Source: Geotalea uraniireducens Rf4
Lineage (GTDB): Bacteria; Desulfobacterota; Desulfuromonadia; Geobacterales; Geobacteraceae
Assembly (NCBI RefSeq): GCF_000016745.1
Contig: NC_009483.1
Coordinates: forward strand, 1,200,001-1,232,000
Reading direction: 5' to 3'
DNA: 32,000 bases
Shown: positions 18,963-27,881 of the stretch, piece by piece
Layout of the letters: each line of letters opens with the position of its first letter
How positions within the stretch are numbered: the stretch's first letter is position 1
The notes under the pieces: generated by a model
Database searches by the model: none
Seen by the model: the letters and a program-made list of their open reading frames with translations, nothing else
Told to the model about the DNA's origin: nothing
Position numbers and translations under genes: made by a program

Positions 18963-19020
18963 CGATTTCGTAAAAGTCCATCTGCGGCGTAGCGCCGCAA
19001 GCTGGGGGGAGCGGTAATCT

Positions 19021-19623
19021 ATGAGCTATATTGATATGCGGGGCGCAGTGGGGTTGACCCACCTGTTCTTGCGTGAACGGGTGGCGCTTGGCGACCGCGT
19101 GGTTGATGCAACCTGCGGCAATGGGCAGGACACGCTCTTTCTCGCCCGACTGGTCGGGCCTCTTGGCATGGTCTGGGCCTTCGATGTGCAGGAGGAGGCC
19201 CTGGCCAAGGCGCGGACGCATCTCAGTGAAGCAGGATGTCTCTCGAGGGTGAAACTGTTGCAGGCAGGGCATGAACAGCTGGCTGCCCACGTCGAAGGCC
19301 CCGTGCAGGCGGTTGTCTTTAACCTGGGTTATCTGCCGGGGAGCGACAAAGCATGCATCACCCTGCCGGAGACCACCCTTGCCGCCCTGAAGCAGTCCGA
19401 AACCGTTCTCTTTCCCGGTGGTATCATCGTCATTGCCGTGTACACAGGGCATCCCGGCGGTCGCGAGGAGGGTGCCGCAGTGGAGCAGTGGGTTGCCTCC
19501 TTGCCGTACCAATCCTACAGCGTCTGGTGCAGCCGGCAGATTAACCGGCCGTCGACCGTGCCTTATGTGATAGTCGTAGAGAAACTCGTGCCGGGTGAGC
19601 AATGCGGGCAGCCGCATTTATAA
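19021..19623 (+). CDS. Class I SAM-dependent methyltransferase, YtqB/MnmM-like (putative rRNA/tRNA methylase family)
   Basis: VVDATCGNGQDTLFLARLVG...VWAFDVQEEAL...AVVFNLGYLPGSDK...VYTGHPGG closely parallels B. subtilis YtqB (MnmM) as I recall it. Confidence 0.8.
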   Translation: MSYIDMRGAVGLTHLFLRERVALGDRVVDATCGNGQDTLFLARLVGPLGMVWAFDVQEEALAKARTHLSEAGCLSRVKLLQAGHEQLAAHVEGPVQAVVFNLGYLPGSDKACITLPETTLAALKQSETVLFPGGIIVIAVYTGHPGGREEGAAVEQWVASLPYQSYSVWCSRQINRPSTVPYVIVVEKLVPGEQCGQPHL

Positions 19624-19690
19624 ATAGACAGCGGAAAAGGAGAGCAGTACCGAGTTGATCAGGAGCTTTAACCCAAAAACGGCAGCTAGC

Positions 19691-19816
19691 CACGAATGAC
19701 ACGAAAAAACACGAATGTTTTTAACCTCTTGTTAAGTCTTGAGTAGTCACCGATCTAGTGAGTGTCTTCTGCATCACAAGAGCTTGTATATTCGTGCAAA
19801 TTAGTGAAAATTCGTG
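19691..19816. repeat. Palindromic element: 3 x CACGAA(T) (19691, 19700, 19710) and 3 x inverted ATT(C/A)GTG (19790, 19800, 19810), ~10-bp phased
   Basis: Read directly. An inner 7-bp inverted repeat is CTCTTGT (19725-19731) / ACAAGAG (19776-19782). Related to the element at 31880-32000. Confidence 0.6.
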
Positions 19817-19920
19817 GTTAAAATGCTTTTTATAGGTTTAATCGTCCAAAGAGACCTGGCAAGGCGCGAAAGGCGGATTCCAAAACGAAAATATCCGGTG
19901 TCAAATCTGTTTGCCTGTCG

Positions 19921-20730
19921 ATGCTGATGACAGGGGTTCTGGCCGCTTCCCTGGCGGGATGCGGCGGCGGTCGCGCTCAATGGCTTGCAGGCGCTGACCG
20001 GCCCGCCTTTGACCGGATGATCGCCGATGCACGACAGGCGCGGGTGGTTTTCGTCGGCGAATTCCACGACCAGAGGGAACACCATGCCTTGCAGCTCGAT
20101 ATAATCAAAGCCCTCCAGCAAAGCGGCACGCCGCTTGCCATCGGCCTGGAGATGTTCGACATGGAGAGCCAGCCGGTCCTTGAACGATGGGTGCGCGGCG
20201 AGATGGACCTTCGGGAGTTCATGGCCTATTACCAGCAGAACTGGACCATCAGCTGGGCGGAATACGATAGCATCCTTCTCTACGGCCGCAACAACCGGGT
20301 TCCCCTGGTTGCCCTCAACGCGCCCGCGGACCTGGTCAGAAAAGTAGCCCACGGCGGTTTCCGCTCCCTCAGCCCGGATGAAACGGCCCGCCTCCCCGTT
20401 GGGGTGAATGGGGCCGCCAGCCCGTCCTACCGTGGGTTTATGCGCGATGTCTTTGCCGATCACGAGCTTGACGCGGCGTCATTCAACAACTTCTGCGAAG
20501 CCCAGGCGGTACGCAACAATACCATGGGGAGCCTCATCGGCGGCTACCTGGCGAAGAATCCCGGCCGGACCATGGTCGTCATCACCGGCGTCGGCCATGC
20601 CATGCGGCGCGCCGTGGCGGATGACCTCGGCAAGGGTCTCGGATTGACGACGAGGGTCATCATACCGGTCACGGAAGGGCTCTTCGACCGGATCGACCGG
20701 GACGACGCCGATTACTTCGTTTATCCGTAG
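19921..20730 (+). CDS. ChaN-family (DUF399, haem-binding uptake-like) lipoprotein
   Basis: Lipobox LAGC near the N-terminus. VVFVGEFHDQREHHALQLDII...AIGLEMFDMESQPVLERW...LVALNAP pattern matches the ChaN/Cofac_haem_bdg family as recalled. Confidence 0.7.
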   Translation: MLMTGVLAASLAGCGGGRAQWLAGADRPAFDRMIADARQARVVFVGEFHDQREHHALQLDIIKALQQSGTPLAIGLEMFDMESQPVLERWVRGEMDLREFMAYYQQNWTISWAEYDSILLYGRNNRVPLVALNAPADLVRKVAHGGFRSLSPDETARLPVGVNGAASPSYRGFMRDVFADHELDAASFNNFCEAQAVRNNTMGSLIGGYLAKNPGRTMVVITGVGHAMRRAVADDLGKGLGLTTRVIIPVTEGLFDRIDRDDADYFVYP

Positions 20731-20894
20731 GTTCCTGTCAGGTTGAGACATTCGTACTCGAAGACTCAGATTGCGCGGCCGATTTTTAAATCTCCCTCCA
20801 GGTTCTTCTCGGCTGCATGTAGGCGCGACACATATGCTTATTGGGAATAGAAGATTTTCTTGTATTCAGATAAAAAATCTTGTACTGCTGGTCT

Positions 20895-22385
20895 ATGAAA
20901 AGAATTTTAGTTTCATGGATCGGGCGAAGCGACCTTCTCGCAGTCGAAGAATCGGACAGTATCGGACTTGGTCCTATCGCCCAGGCGGTCGATGGGACTG
21001 GCTATGACGATATCGTTCTCATTAGCGATTACCCTGAACAGGAAGTAACCTGTTACCTCGGATGGCTCGCAACAAGAACGCCAACCAAGATCACTCGCCA
21101 CGTTGCCCGTCTCACTAGCCCTACAAATTTTACCGAAATCTATGAAGCTGCCATTGCAGCTGTTTCCGAAACGCAGAAACGGTACAATAACGATACACTC
21201 ATCACTTATCACCTGAGCCCTGGCACCCCGGCCATGGCTGCGGTTTGGATACTGCTTGCCAAAACGCTATATCCGGCAACCCTGATTCAGTCCTCAAGGG
21301 AATATGGCGTACAGGTTGCCGATATTCCTTTCGATATTTCCGCGGAATTTATTCCCCGGATAGCACGCCAGATCGACGAACGGCTTGAGAAATTGCTTGC
21401 TGCCCTTCCGCCGGAAGCAACGGAGTTCGATAGTATCATCCACCGCAACCCGGTCATGCAGCGGTTGATTGCCAAGGCCAGGCTCGCAGCGATCAGGTCT
21501 GTACCGGTACTCATCGAGGGGGAATCCGGCACAGGGAAGGAGCTGTTGGCCCGCGCCATTCATCGGGCCGGTATACGTGCAGAAAAACCTTTCGTAGCAG
21601 TCAACTGCGGCGCCATACCGTCTGAGTTGGTGGAGTCCGAGTTCTTCGGTCACAAGAAGGGAGCCTTCACCGGTGCGGCATCCGACCGCAAGGGTTATTT
21701 CGAGTCGGCTAACAGTGGGACTCTTTTTCTGGATGAAATCGGCGAACTCCCGCTATCGGCCCAGGTCAAGATTCTGAGGGTGTTGCAGGAGGGCGAAGTG
21801 ACGCGGGTTGGTGATGCCAGGCCGATCAAGCTGGATGTGCGGATTGTCGCAGCTACCAACCGCTCCATGATGCAGGAGGTGGCGGCTGGCCGATTCCGCG
21901 CCGATCTCTTCTACCGTCTGGCTGTGGCCGTGCTGTTTATTCCGCCTCTTCGGGAACGGCAGGGGGATATCGGTCTGTTGATAGATCATTTCCTGGAGCA
22001 AGCGGTAATAGAAAACTGTGAAACCCGTAAGAAAATTTCTGCCAGCGCAAGAAATCTTCTGCTCTGCCACCCCTGGCCGGGCAACGTGCGGGAACTGCTA
22101 AATACTCTGCGCCGGGCCACGGTCTGGACAACGGGCGACACCATCCAAGCAGATGACATCCGCGAAGCCCTGTTTCCAGTAGCGTTGCAGCGAGCTGAGC
22201 ATATCCTGGGCCGGAGCATTGCCGAAGGCTTCAATATTCAGGGGGTAATAGCCGAGATTGCCCGGCATTACCTGCAACGGGGGATGGATGAAGGCGGGGG
22301 GAACAAGTCCAAAGCCGCTAAGATACTGGGCTTGCCGAACTATCAGACCTTGTCTAACTGGTTGAAGAAGTATGGTTTGGAATAA
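20895..22385 (+). CDS. Sigma-54-dependent transcriptional activator with RtcR-type CARF N-terminal domain
   Basis: The N-terminal ~180 aa parallel E. coli RtcR (SPTNFTEIYEA...YHLSPGTPAMAAVWILLAKTLYPATLIQSS). AAA+ core has GESGTGKE, GAFTGA, LFLDEIGEL. C-terminal Fis-type HTH is KSKAAKILGLPNYQTLSNWLKKYG. ATG 20895 is preferred over the TTG at 20880. Confidence 0.85.
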   Translation: MKRILVSWIGRSDLLAVEESDSIGLGPIAQAVDGTGYDDIVLISDYPEQEVTCYLGWLATRTPTKITRHVARLTSPTNFTEIYEAAIAAVSETQKRYNNDTLITYHLSPGTPAMAAVWILLAKTLYPATLIQSSREYGVQVADIPFDISAEFIPRIARQIDERLEKLLAALPPEATEFDSIIHRNPVMQRLIAKARLAAIRSVPVLIEGESGTGKELLARAIHRAGIRAEKPFVAVNCGAIPSELVESEFFGHKKGAFTGAASDRKGYFESANSGTLFLDEIGELPLSAQVKILRVLQEGEVTRVGDARPIKLDVRIVAATNRSMMQEVAAGRFRADLFYRLAVAVLFIPPLRERQGDIGLLIDHFLEQAVIENCETRKKISASARNLLLCHPWPGNVRELLNTLRRATVWTTGDTIQADDIREALFPVALQRAEHILGRSIAEGFNIQGVIAEIARHYLQRGMDEGGGNKSKAAKILGLPNYQTLSNWLKKYGLE

Positions 22386-22387
22386 TT

Positions 22388-22403
22388 TGGCATGTCCGCT
22401 GCA
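22388..22403 (+). promoter_or_regulatory. Sigma-54 (-24/-12) promoter TGGCATGTCCGCTGCA
   Basis: Matches TGGCACG-N4-TTGCA at 14 of 16 positions with correct GG-N10-GC spacing. Lies 3 nt after the activator stop and 24 nt before the hsdR ATG. GAGG RBS at 22417-22420. Confidence 0.65.
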
Positions 22404-22427
22404 ACCATGCTATAACGAGGAACAATT

Positions 22428-24689
22428 ATGAACGAAACCTACGCTCGCATATTGATTGATGACATGCTACGGCAGGTAGGCTGGGACCCCAGGGACAAGT
22501 CCGAGGTTGGGACTGAAGTTCCGGTATATCTTAGTGCCGGTCATGACCCCGCACCGGACTATGCCGGGAGAGATTCATTCGGAGAACCCAGCTACCATGT
22601 TGCTGGTCGTGCCGACTATGTCCTCTATGGACAGAATGGCCGACCACTGGCGGTCGTAGAAGCCAAGAAGAACGCTATTAATCCCTACGTGGCCAAGCAG
22701 CAGGCCCTTCCCTATGCCCAGCGTATAGATGCACCTTTTATCTTCCTTACAAATGGAGAGCTGATCTACTTCTGGGACTACCTTAACGATGATGCCCGCA
22801 TCGTTGACTCATTCTATTCTCGACGTGACATGGAGCGGCTGGTGGAAATGCGCCAGAGTCGCAAGACTTTGGCTACCATCGAATTGCAGGATTACTATGT
22901 TCGCCAAGGAGAAACCCGGCAGGTGCGCGATTACCAGCAGGAAGCCATGCGCGCCCTCGACCATGCTGTGGAATTAGGCAAGAAGCGTTTCCTGATCGAA
23001 CTCCCTACCGGTACCGGCAAGACCGATCTGATCGGTCTCTATCTCAAACGGTTGATGAAGGCCGGATGGGCTGAGAGAGTGCTGTTTCTCGTTGACCGCG
23101 AGCAGTTGGCCAAGCAGGCACTTGAGACTATCCAGGATATCCTCGGTGAATACAGCAGCTACTGGCTCAAACCGGGTACTGTTCGCCAGGAAAAGCAGAT
23201 TACGGTGGCACTGCTCCAAACCATGATCGGCTGTCATGAGGATTACAGTAGCGGTTATTTTGATGTAGTTGTAACCGATGAAAGCCACCGTTCCATTTAC
23301 GGAGCCTGGCAGACGGCACTTACCCGTTTCGATGCCCTGCACATTGGACTGACCGCCACCCCGGCGAACTACATAGAGCGCAACACTTTTGACTTCTACC
23401 AGTGCAAGGACAATCAGCCTGATTTTTCCTATCGTATCCAGGACGCCTTTGCGGGCGGCTATTTAGCCCCATATCGTTTTGCCACAGGCATTACCGAAAT
23501 TATTGCCGAAGGTGCTGACCTGAACGACGAACACTACGATCCGTCCCAGTTCGAGCGGACGTGGACCAACGAGAAAACCAACAAGCTGATGATGGAGGAG
23601 TTCGACCGTCTGGCCTGGGAGAACTACAAAGATCTGGCTCCCGGACAGAAGGATGGACCAGGCAAGTCGGTTGTCTTCGCCATTTCCAAGCACCATGCAG
23701 CCCGGCTGACTCACTACCTTAACCAGCTCCACCCTGAGCATAAGGGGCGTTACGCCGAAGTTATAACCTCGGACGTGGCCGATGCCGATGCCCTGATCAG
23801 GCGGTTCAAGAAAGAAATATATCCCATGGTGGCGGTTAGTGTCGGCATGCTCGACACCGGCTTTGATTGCCGGGAGCTCCTCCATGTAGTCATGTGCCGC
23901 CGGGTTCGCAGTCCGATTCTTTACCAGCAGATGCGCGGTCGCGGTACTCGAACTGCCCCGCATATCCAGAAGAAGAAATTTGTCATCTATGACTTCTTTA
24001 AAAACCACGAATACTTCAATGACAGTGATACTGACGTCTTCAGCGGAGCTGGTAGTGGCGGCCATGCGCCAGGCGGCACCACAACTGGCCCGCGTCCATC
24101 CGACAACCTGATCGAACTGGGTCTGGAGGATGAATGGCTGTATGCGGTCAAATATGTGGAAGTCGGCCCCAACGGCGAGCGGATCGATAAGAAAGAGTAC
24201 GTCACCAACTGGGAACAGACCATCAAGGGGCAGACTGACGACCCGATTCTGCAAAAAGTTCGTGAGGATGAACATCTCACAAATGAGGAAGAGGAGTTAT
24301 TGGCTAAACGCCTCAATACTCCGAAGCACTTCTTCAACGAAGAGAACCTGCGCCGTGCCTACCGCAATCCAGGCGGAACCCTGATTGACTTTATCCGGGC
24401 GGCTCTGGGGCTACTAAAACTGAAAAGCACCGACGAGCGTTTGGATGAAAATTTCCGTGCCTGGCTGGTGGCCCGTTCCCTTACTTCGGAGCAGGCCGAA
24501 TACCTGTCACTCCTCAAAAACCGAGGGATCGCCACCGGCAAACTGCAGTTGGAAGACCTCTTCTCTCCGCCTCTCTCCATCCTTAATGCCGCCGGAATCG
24601 GTGTGGAACTGTTCGGTGAAAAGGGGCTGAAAGAAGTTGTGGATGACATGAACGAAACCGTTTTCAAAGCAGCGAAAGGATATAAATAG
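22428..24689 (+). CDS. hsdR: Type I restriction enzyme R subunit (EcoEI-like short HsdR, 753 aa)
   Basis: N-terminal PD-(D/E)xK (GRADYVLY...AVVEAKK). Helicase motifs ELPTGTGKT, VVTDESHR, GLTATP, QQMRGRGTR. The C-terminal tail resembles the EcoEI R C-terminal domain. Confidence 0.9.
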   Translation: MNETYARILIDDMLRQVGWDPRDKSEVGTEVPVYLSAGHDPAPDYAGRDSFGEPSYHVAGRADYVLYGQNGRPLAVVEAKKNAINPYVAKQQALPYAQRIDAPFIFLTNGELIYFWDYLNDDARIVDSFYSRRDMERLVEMRQSRKTLATIELQDYYVRQGETRQVRDYQQEAMRALDHAVELGKKRFLIELPTGTGKTDLIGLYLKRLMKAGWAERVLFLVDREQLAKQALETIQDILGEYSSYWLKPGTVRQEKQITVALLQTMIGCHEDYSSGYFDVVVTDESHRSIYGAWQTALTRFDALHIGLTATPANYIERNTFDFYQCKDNQPDFSYRIQDAFAGGYLAPYRFATGITEIIAEGADLNDEHYDPSQFERTWTNEKTNKLMMEEFDRLAWENYKDLAPGQKDGPGKSVVFAISKHHAARLTHYLNQLHPEHKGRYAEVITSDVADADALIRRFKKEIYPMVAVSVGMLDTGFDCRELLHVVMCRRVRSPILYQQMRGRGTRTAPHIQKKKFVIYDFFKNHEYFNDSDTDVFSGAGSGGHAPGGTTTGPRPSDNLIELGLEDEWLYAVKYVEVGPNGERIDKKEYVTNWEQTIKGQTDDPILQKVREDEHLTNEEEELLAKRLNTPKHFFNEENLRRAYRNPGGTLIDFIRAALGLLKLKSTDERLDENFRAWLVARSLTSEQAEYLSLLKNRGIATGKLQLEDLFSPPLSILNAAGIGVELFGEKGLKEVVDDMNETVFKAAKGYK

Positions 24690-24691
24690 CA

Positions 24692-26341
24692 ATGAATGCT
24701 GATCTCCGCCGCAAACTCGACCACATTACCGACACCCTCTGGGCAGGAGGAGTCACCAACCCGGTAACCTACATTGAACAGATATCTTTTCTTATCTATC
24801 TGAAGTTATTGGATGAGGAAGAGACCAGCCGCGAACTGCGCGTCCGCCTCGGGGCCGGTAACAGCAGGTTTCTCTTTCCGGATCAGGCCGAGCGCTTCCG
24901 CTGGTCCAAGTGGCGCTTCAAGAGCGGAATTGAACTTAATGATTTCATCCGTGGGGAGGTCTTTCCCTACATGGCTTCGCTGGTTAAGGATGAGCCCCAG
25001 GTTGCCGAGTACTTCCGGGATGCCCGGTTAGAGATCAACGAAGTTGACGTTCTCAAACAGGTAGTGGATGAACTGGATTCCATCGAGTTCCGCAAGCTGG
25101 GACCGGATGTGAAGGGAGATATCTTCGAGTATCTCCTCACCCATCTGGGGCAGTCGGCTCTTAACGGCCAGTTCCGCACTCCCAAGCAAATCCGCTCCTT
25201 CATGGTTGCGATGGTCGATCCCGAATTCGGCGACACCATCGACGACCCGGCTTGCGGCACTGCCGGTTTCCTGATCGATGCCGTTGAATATCTGCTGGCC
25301 AAGTACAGCGAAAACCCACAAGAAATGCCGATCTACGGTGAAGAGTGGCTTGAGCGCAAGGGACTGACGCTGGACGAAGCCAAGAAGCAGATGCCCAATC
25401 TTCAGACCTATCGCAAAGGGCCGGGTGAGAAGATTCCTGACTGGGGGATACTGGAGGCGTCCATCTACGGCACCGACGTGTCGCGCCAGATGATGCGCAT
25501 CTCCATGATGAATCTGGTGCTGCACGGTATCGGTAAGGCGCGGCTCAAGCGGGCCAATGTCCTCTCCGAAATGGGCGGACTCACCGAAGATGATCTGAAC
25601 CGGAAATACAAGGTCAGTCTCTCCAATCCACCGTTTGCGGGGATGCTCCCCAAGGATTCGATCCGCCATGATCTTCCCACCAATTCCAAGAAGAGCGAAC
25701 TGCTCTTTCTCGGCCTGATGATGGAGTCACTGGCTCCCGGTGGCCGCTGTGCCGTGGTTGTACCGGAAGGGGCGTTGTTCGGTTCCACCGGAGCGCACGT
25801 AGAGTTGCGCAAGAAGCTGTTGCAGGATTTTGAGGTGCTGGCCGTGGTTTCACTCCCTGCCGGAGTGTTCAAGCCCTACGCCGGTGTCAAGACCTCGGTG
25901 CTAGTCTTCCGTCGTCCCGCCAATCCGCCGGAGCAAGGCAAACCGGCCACTGCCAAGGTCTGGTTTTACGAGATCAAGAACGACGGCTACGACCCGGACA
26001 AGATCACTGGAGGCGGCCGACCTGAGACTCCAGAGCAGAACGACATCCCAACCATGCTGGTTGCCTGGGAAGGGTACAAGGCGGGCAAGTTTAGCCAGCC
26101 GCCAGGTGTGGAAGCGGGAACAGTCCTGAAACCGGGCAGCCCTGACCCAAAATGCTGGTGGGCTGATTATGAGCGGATTGCCGACTCCGATGCCAACCTG
26201 GGAGCCTCACGTTACAAGCCGACAGTGGGTGAAGATCTCTCGGATGAAGACCCAGCGGAGCTTATTCATGATGTTCTGATGCTTGAGAAGAACCTTGTGG
26301 ATGGACTGGAAAAGCTGCTGCAAGAAGTGGGGTCTGTTTGA
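24692..26341 (+). CDS. hsdM: Type I R-M N6-adenine DNA methyltransferase subunit
   Basis: HsdM N-terminal region (LWAGGVTNPVTYIEQISFLIYLKLLDE). SAM motif DPACGTAGFL. Catalytic LSNPPFAG. Confidence 0.95.
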   Translation: MNADLRRKLDHITDTLWAGGVTNPVTYIEQISFLIYLKLLDEEETSRELRVRLGAGNSRFLFPDQAERFRWSKWRFKSGIELNDFIRGEVFPYMASLVKDEPQVAEYFRDARLEINEVDVLKQVVDELDSIEFRKLGPDVKGDIFEYLLTHLGQSALNGQFRTPKQIRSFMVAMVDPEFGDTIDDPACGTAGFLIDAVEYLLAKYSENPQEMPIYGEEWLERKGLTLDEAKKQMPNLQTYRKGPGEKIPDWGILEASIYGTDVSRQMMRISMMNLVLHGIGKARLKRANVLSEMGGLTEDDLNRKYKVSLSNPPFAGMLPKDSIRHDLPTNSKKSELLFLGLMMESLAPGGRCAVVVPEGALFGSTGAHVELRKKLLQDFEVLAVVSLPAGVFKPYAGVKTSVLVFRRPANPPEQGKPATAKVWFYEIKNDGYDPDKITGGGRPETPEQNDIPTMLVAWEGYKAGKFSQPPGVEAGTVLKPGSPDPKCWWADYERIADSDANLGASRYKPTVGEDLSDEDPAELIHDVLMLEKNLVDGLEKLLQEVGSV

Positions 26342-27603
26342 TGAAGTGGCCGATGGTTGAAATATCACGGTTTTGCCAGACTGGCAGCGGTGGAACACCG
26401 TCTCGTAATAACGCTGGCGACTACTATGGCGGGAATATTCCTTGGGTAAAATCTGGAGAGTTGAACCAAGAATTTGTTTTGAATACCGAAGAACGAATAA
26501 CCGAACTGGCCATAAAGGAAAGCAGCGCTAAAATTGTTCCGGCTGGCGCAATCCTCGTCGCGATGTATGGGGCGACAGTTGGGAAGTCAGCGCTTCTTGG
26601 CATAGATGCAGCAACCAATCAGGCAATCTGTAATATTATTCCAGACCCCGAAGCAGCAGATACCCGATATGTCTGGTATGCCCTTAAAAACCAGCTCCCA
26701 TATCTCTTGGCTCAGCGTGTTGGTGGTGCTCAACCGAATATAAGCCAACAAATAATCAAGAATACTCAAATCCCACTTCCTCTTCTCTCCGAGCAACGCC
26801 GTATCGTCGAAATCCTCGACCAAGCCGACCACCTCCGCAAGCTCCGCGGCGAAGCGGATAAAAAAGCCGAGCTCATCCTTCCGGCACTATTCAATAAGAT
26901 GTTTGGCGGTCCGGCGACGAATCCGATGGGGTGGCCGGAAATGCCACTTCGTCAAGTCATTGCAAAGGTTGAAGCTGGCTGGAGCGCCGTCAGCGAAGCC
27001 CGTGGATGCACGAAGGATGAATTCGGGGTTCTGAAGGTAAGTGCTGTAACCAGTGGACGGTTCCTGGCTTGTGAACATAAGGCGGTGCTTGTGCTTCAAA
27101 CTGACAGAGGCCTCTTAACACCTCGTCGTGGTGACCTACTTTTTAGCCGAGCAAACACTCGTGAACTGGTTGCTGCTTCATGCGTTGTTGAGGATGACCA
27201 CCCAAATCTGTTCCTTCCTGACAAGTTGTGGAGATTGATTCTTCATCCAGATCGTGCAACTGCGATGTATTTGAAAGAGTTGTTTTGGAACAACGGATTT
27301 CGAGACAGGTTTCGTGCTTCCGCTTCGGGTAGCAGCGGCTCCATGCTCAACATCAGCCAAGAGGCGATGTTGAATACAATTGCCCCAATTCCTCCGTTTA
27401 AGCTACAGGAAGAGTATTCAGCAAAGGCATGGAGTTTAGCTGCTATTGCGAAAGAACGTAGGCTGGCTGGGGATGCACTTGATACACTTTGGTCAAATCT
27501 TTTGCAACGCGCCTTCTCAGGCACCCTTACCGCCGCCTGGCGTGAGGCCCACATGAAGGAACTGCTGGCCGAGATGGAACAGCAGGCGAAATATCTCAAC
27601 TGA
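26338..27603 (+). CDS. hsdS: Type I R-M specificity subunit (two target-recognition domains)
   Basis: ATGA overlap with hsdM. GSGGTPSRNN...NIPWVKSGEL start of TRD1. Central conserved LPLLSEQRRIVEILDQAD helix and the C-terminal counterpart LLQRAFSG. Confidence 0.9.
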   Translation: MMKWPMVEISRFCQTGSGGTPSRNNAGDYYGGNIPWVKSGELNQEFVLNTEERITELAIKESSAKIVPAGAILVAMYGATVGKSALLGIDAATNQAICNIIPDPEAADTRYVWYALKNQLPYLLAQRVGGAQPNISQQIIKNTQIPLPLLSEQRRIVEILDQADHLRKLRGEADKKAELILPALFNKMFGGPATNPMGWPEMPLRQVIAKVEAGWSAVSEARGCTKDEFGVLKVSAVTSGRFLACEHKAVLVLQTDRGLLTPRRGDLLFSRANTRELVAASCVVEDDHPNLFLPDKLWRLILHPDRATAMYLKELFWNNGFRDRFRASASGSSGSMLNISQEAMLNTIAPIPPFKLQEEYSAKAWSLAAIAKERRLAGDALDTLWSNLLQRAFSGTLTAAWREAHMKELLAEMEQQAKYLN

Positions 27604-27620
27604 GACAGGAGGGCTATGAC

Positions 27621-27872
27621 ATGGCAGCTAAAGTAACCGGCCCAAAGGCCGCTAGTAGTGCATCCAAGACCCTCACCAGCAAAGCCACCGCCCCTAAATC
27701 CAAGACCGGCGCAGCCAGTACATTGAGTCAGACTGCTGCTCCGAAGAAGACCACCTCTGCCCCAGCAGCATCGGCAGCTTCCAAGGTGCTCACCGACGGA
27801 CGCACCAGCAAGACATCGAAAACTGCTGCCGCCAGTGCCCTGTCACAGCGGGAAAAAGCAAAGAAAAAATAG
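27621..27872 (+). CDS. Small basic Ala/Ser/Thr/Lys-rich protein with an internal 28-aa duplication (83 aa), function unknown
   Basis: AGGAGG RBS 8 nt upstream of the ATG. In-operon spacing is 17 nt after hsdS and 9 nt before the ATPase. Repeats AASSASKTLTSKATAPKSKTGAASTLSQ and AASAASKVLTDGRTSKTSKTAAASALSQ share 17 of 28 positions. Confidence 0.55.
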   Translation: MAAKVTGPKAASSASKTLTSKATAPKSKTGAASTLSQTAAPKKTTSAPAASAASKVLTDGRTSKTSKTAAASALSQREKAKKK

Positions 27873-27881
27873 GAACCCACC

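Noticed and set aside
18984-18998. GCGGCG-TAG-CGCCGC hairpin after hpnN as a terminator
   Set aside because: The stem is 6 bp with a 3-nt loop and no downstream T-tract. The methyltransferase gene 23 nt further on is probably co-transcribed.
18922-20463. 231-aa and 220-aa minus-strand ORFs opposite the methyltransferase and the ChaN-like gene
   Set aside because: The plus-strand genes match known families, while the minus-strand products show none.
20810-20840. Short similarity (GCTGCA...CACATAT) between the left island border and 30503-30513, considered as att-like direct repeats
   Set aside because: Only about 7-10 scattered matching bases, interrupted on the left side. This is indistinguishable from chance.
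23463-25669. 270-aa and 213-aa minus-strand ORFs inside hsdR and hsdM
   Set aside because: They are antisense to genes with complete helicase and methyltransferase motif sets.
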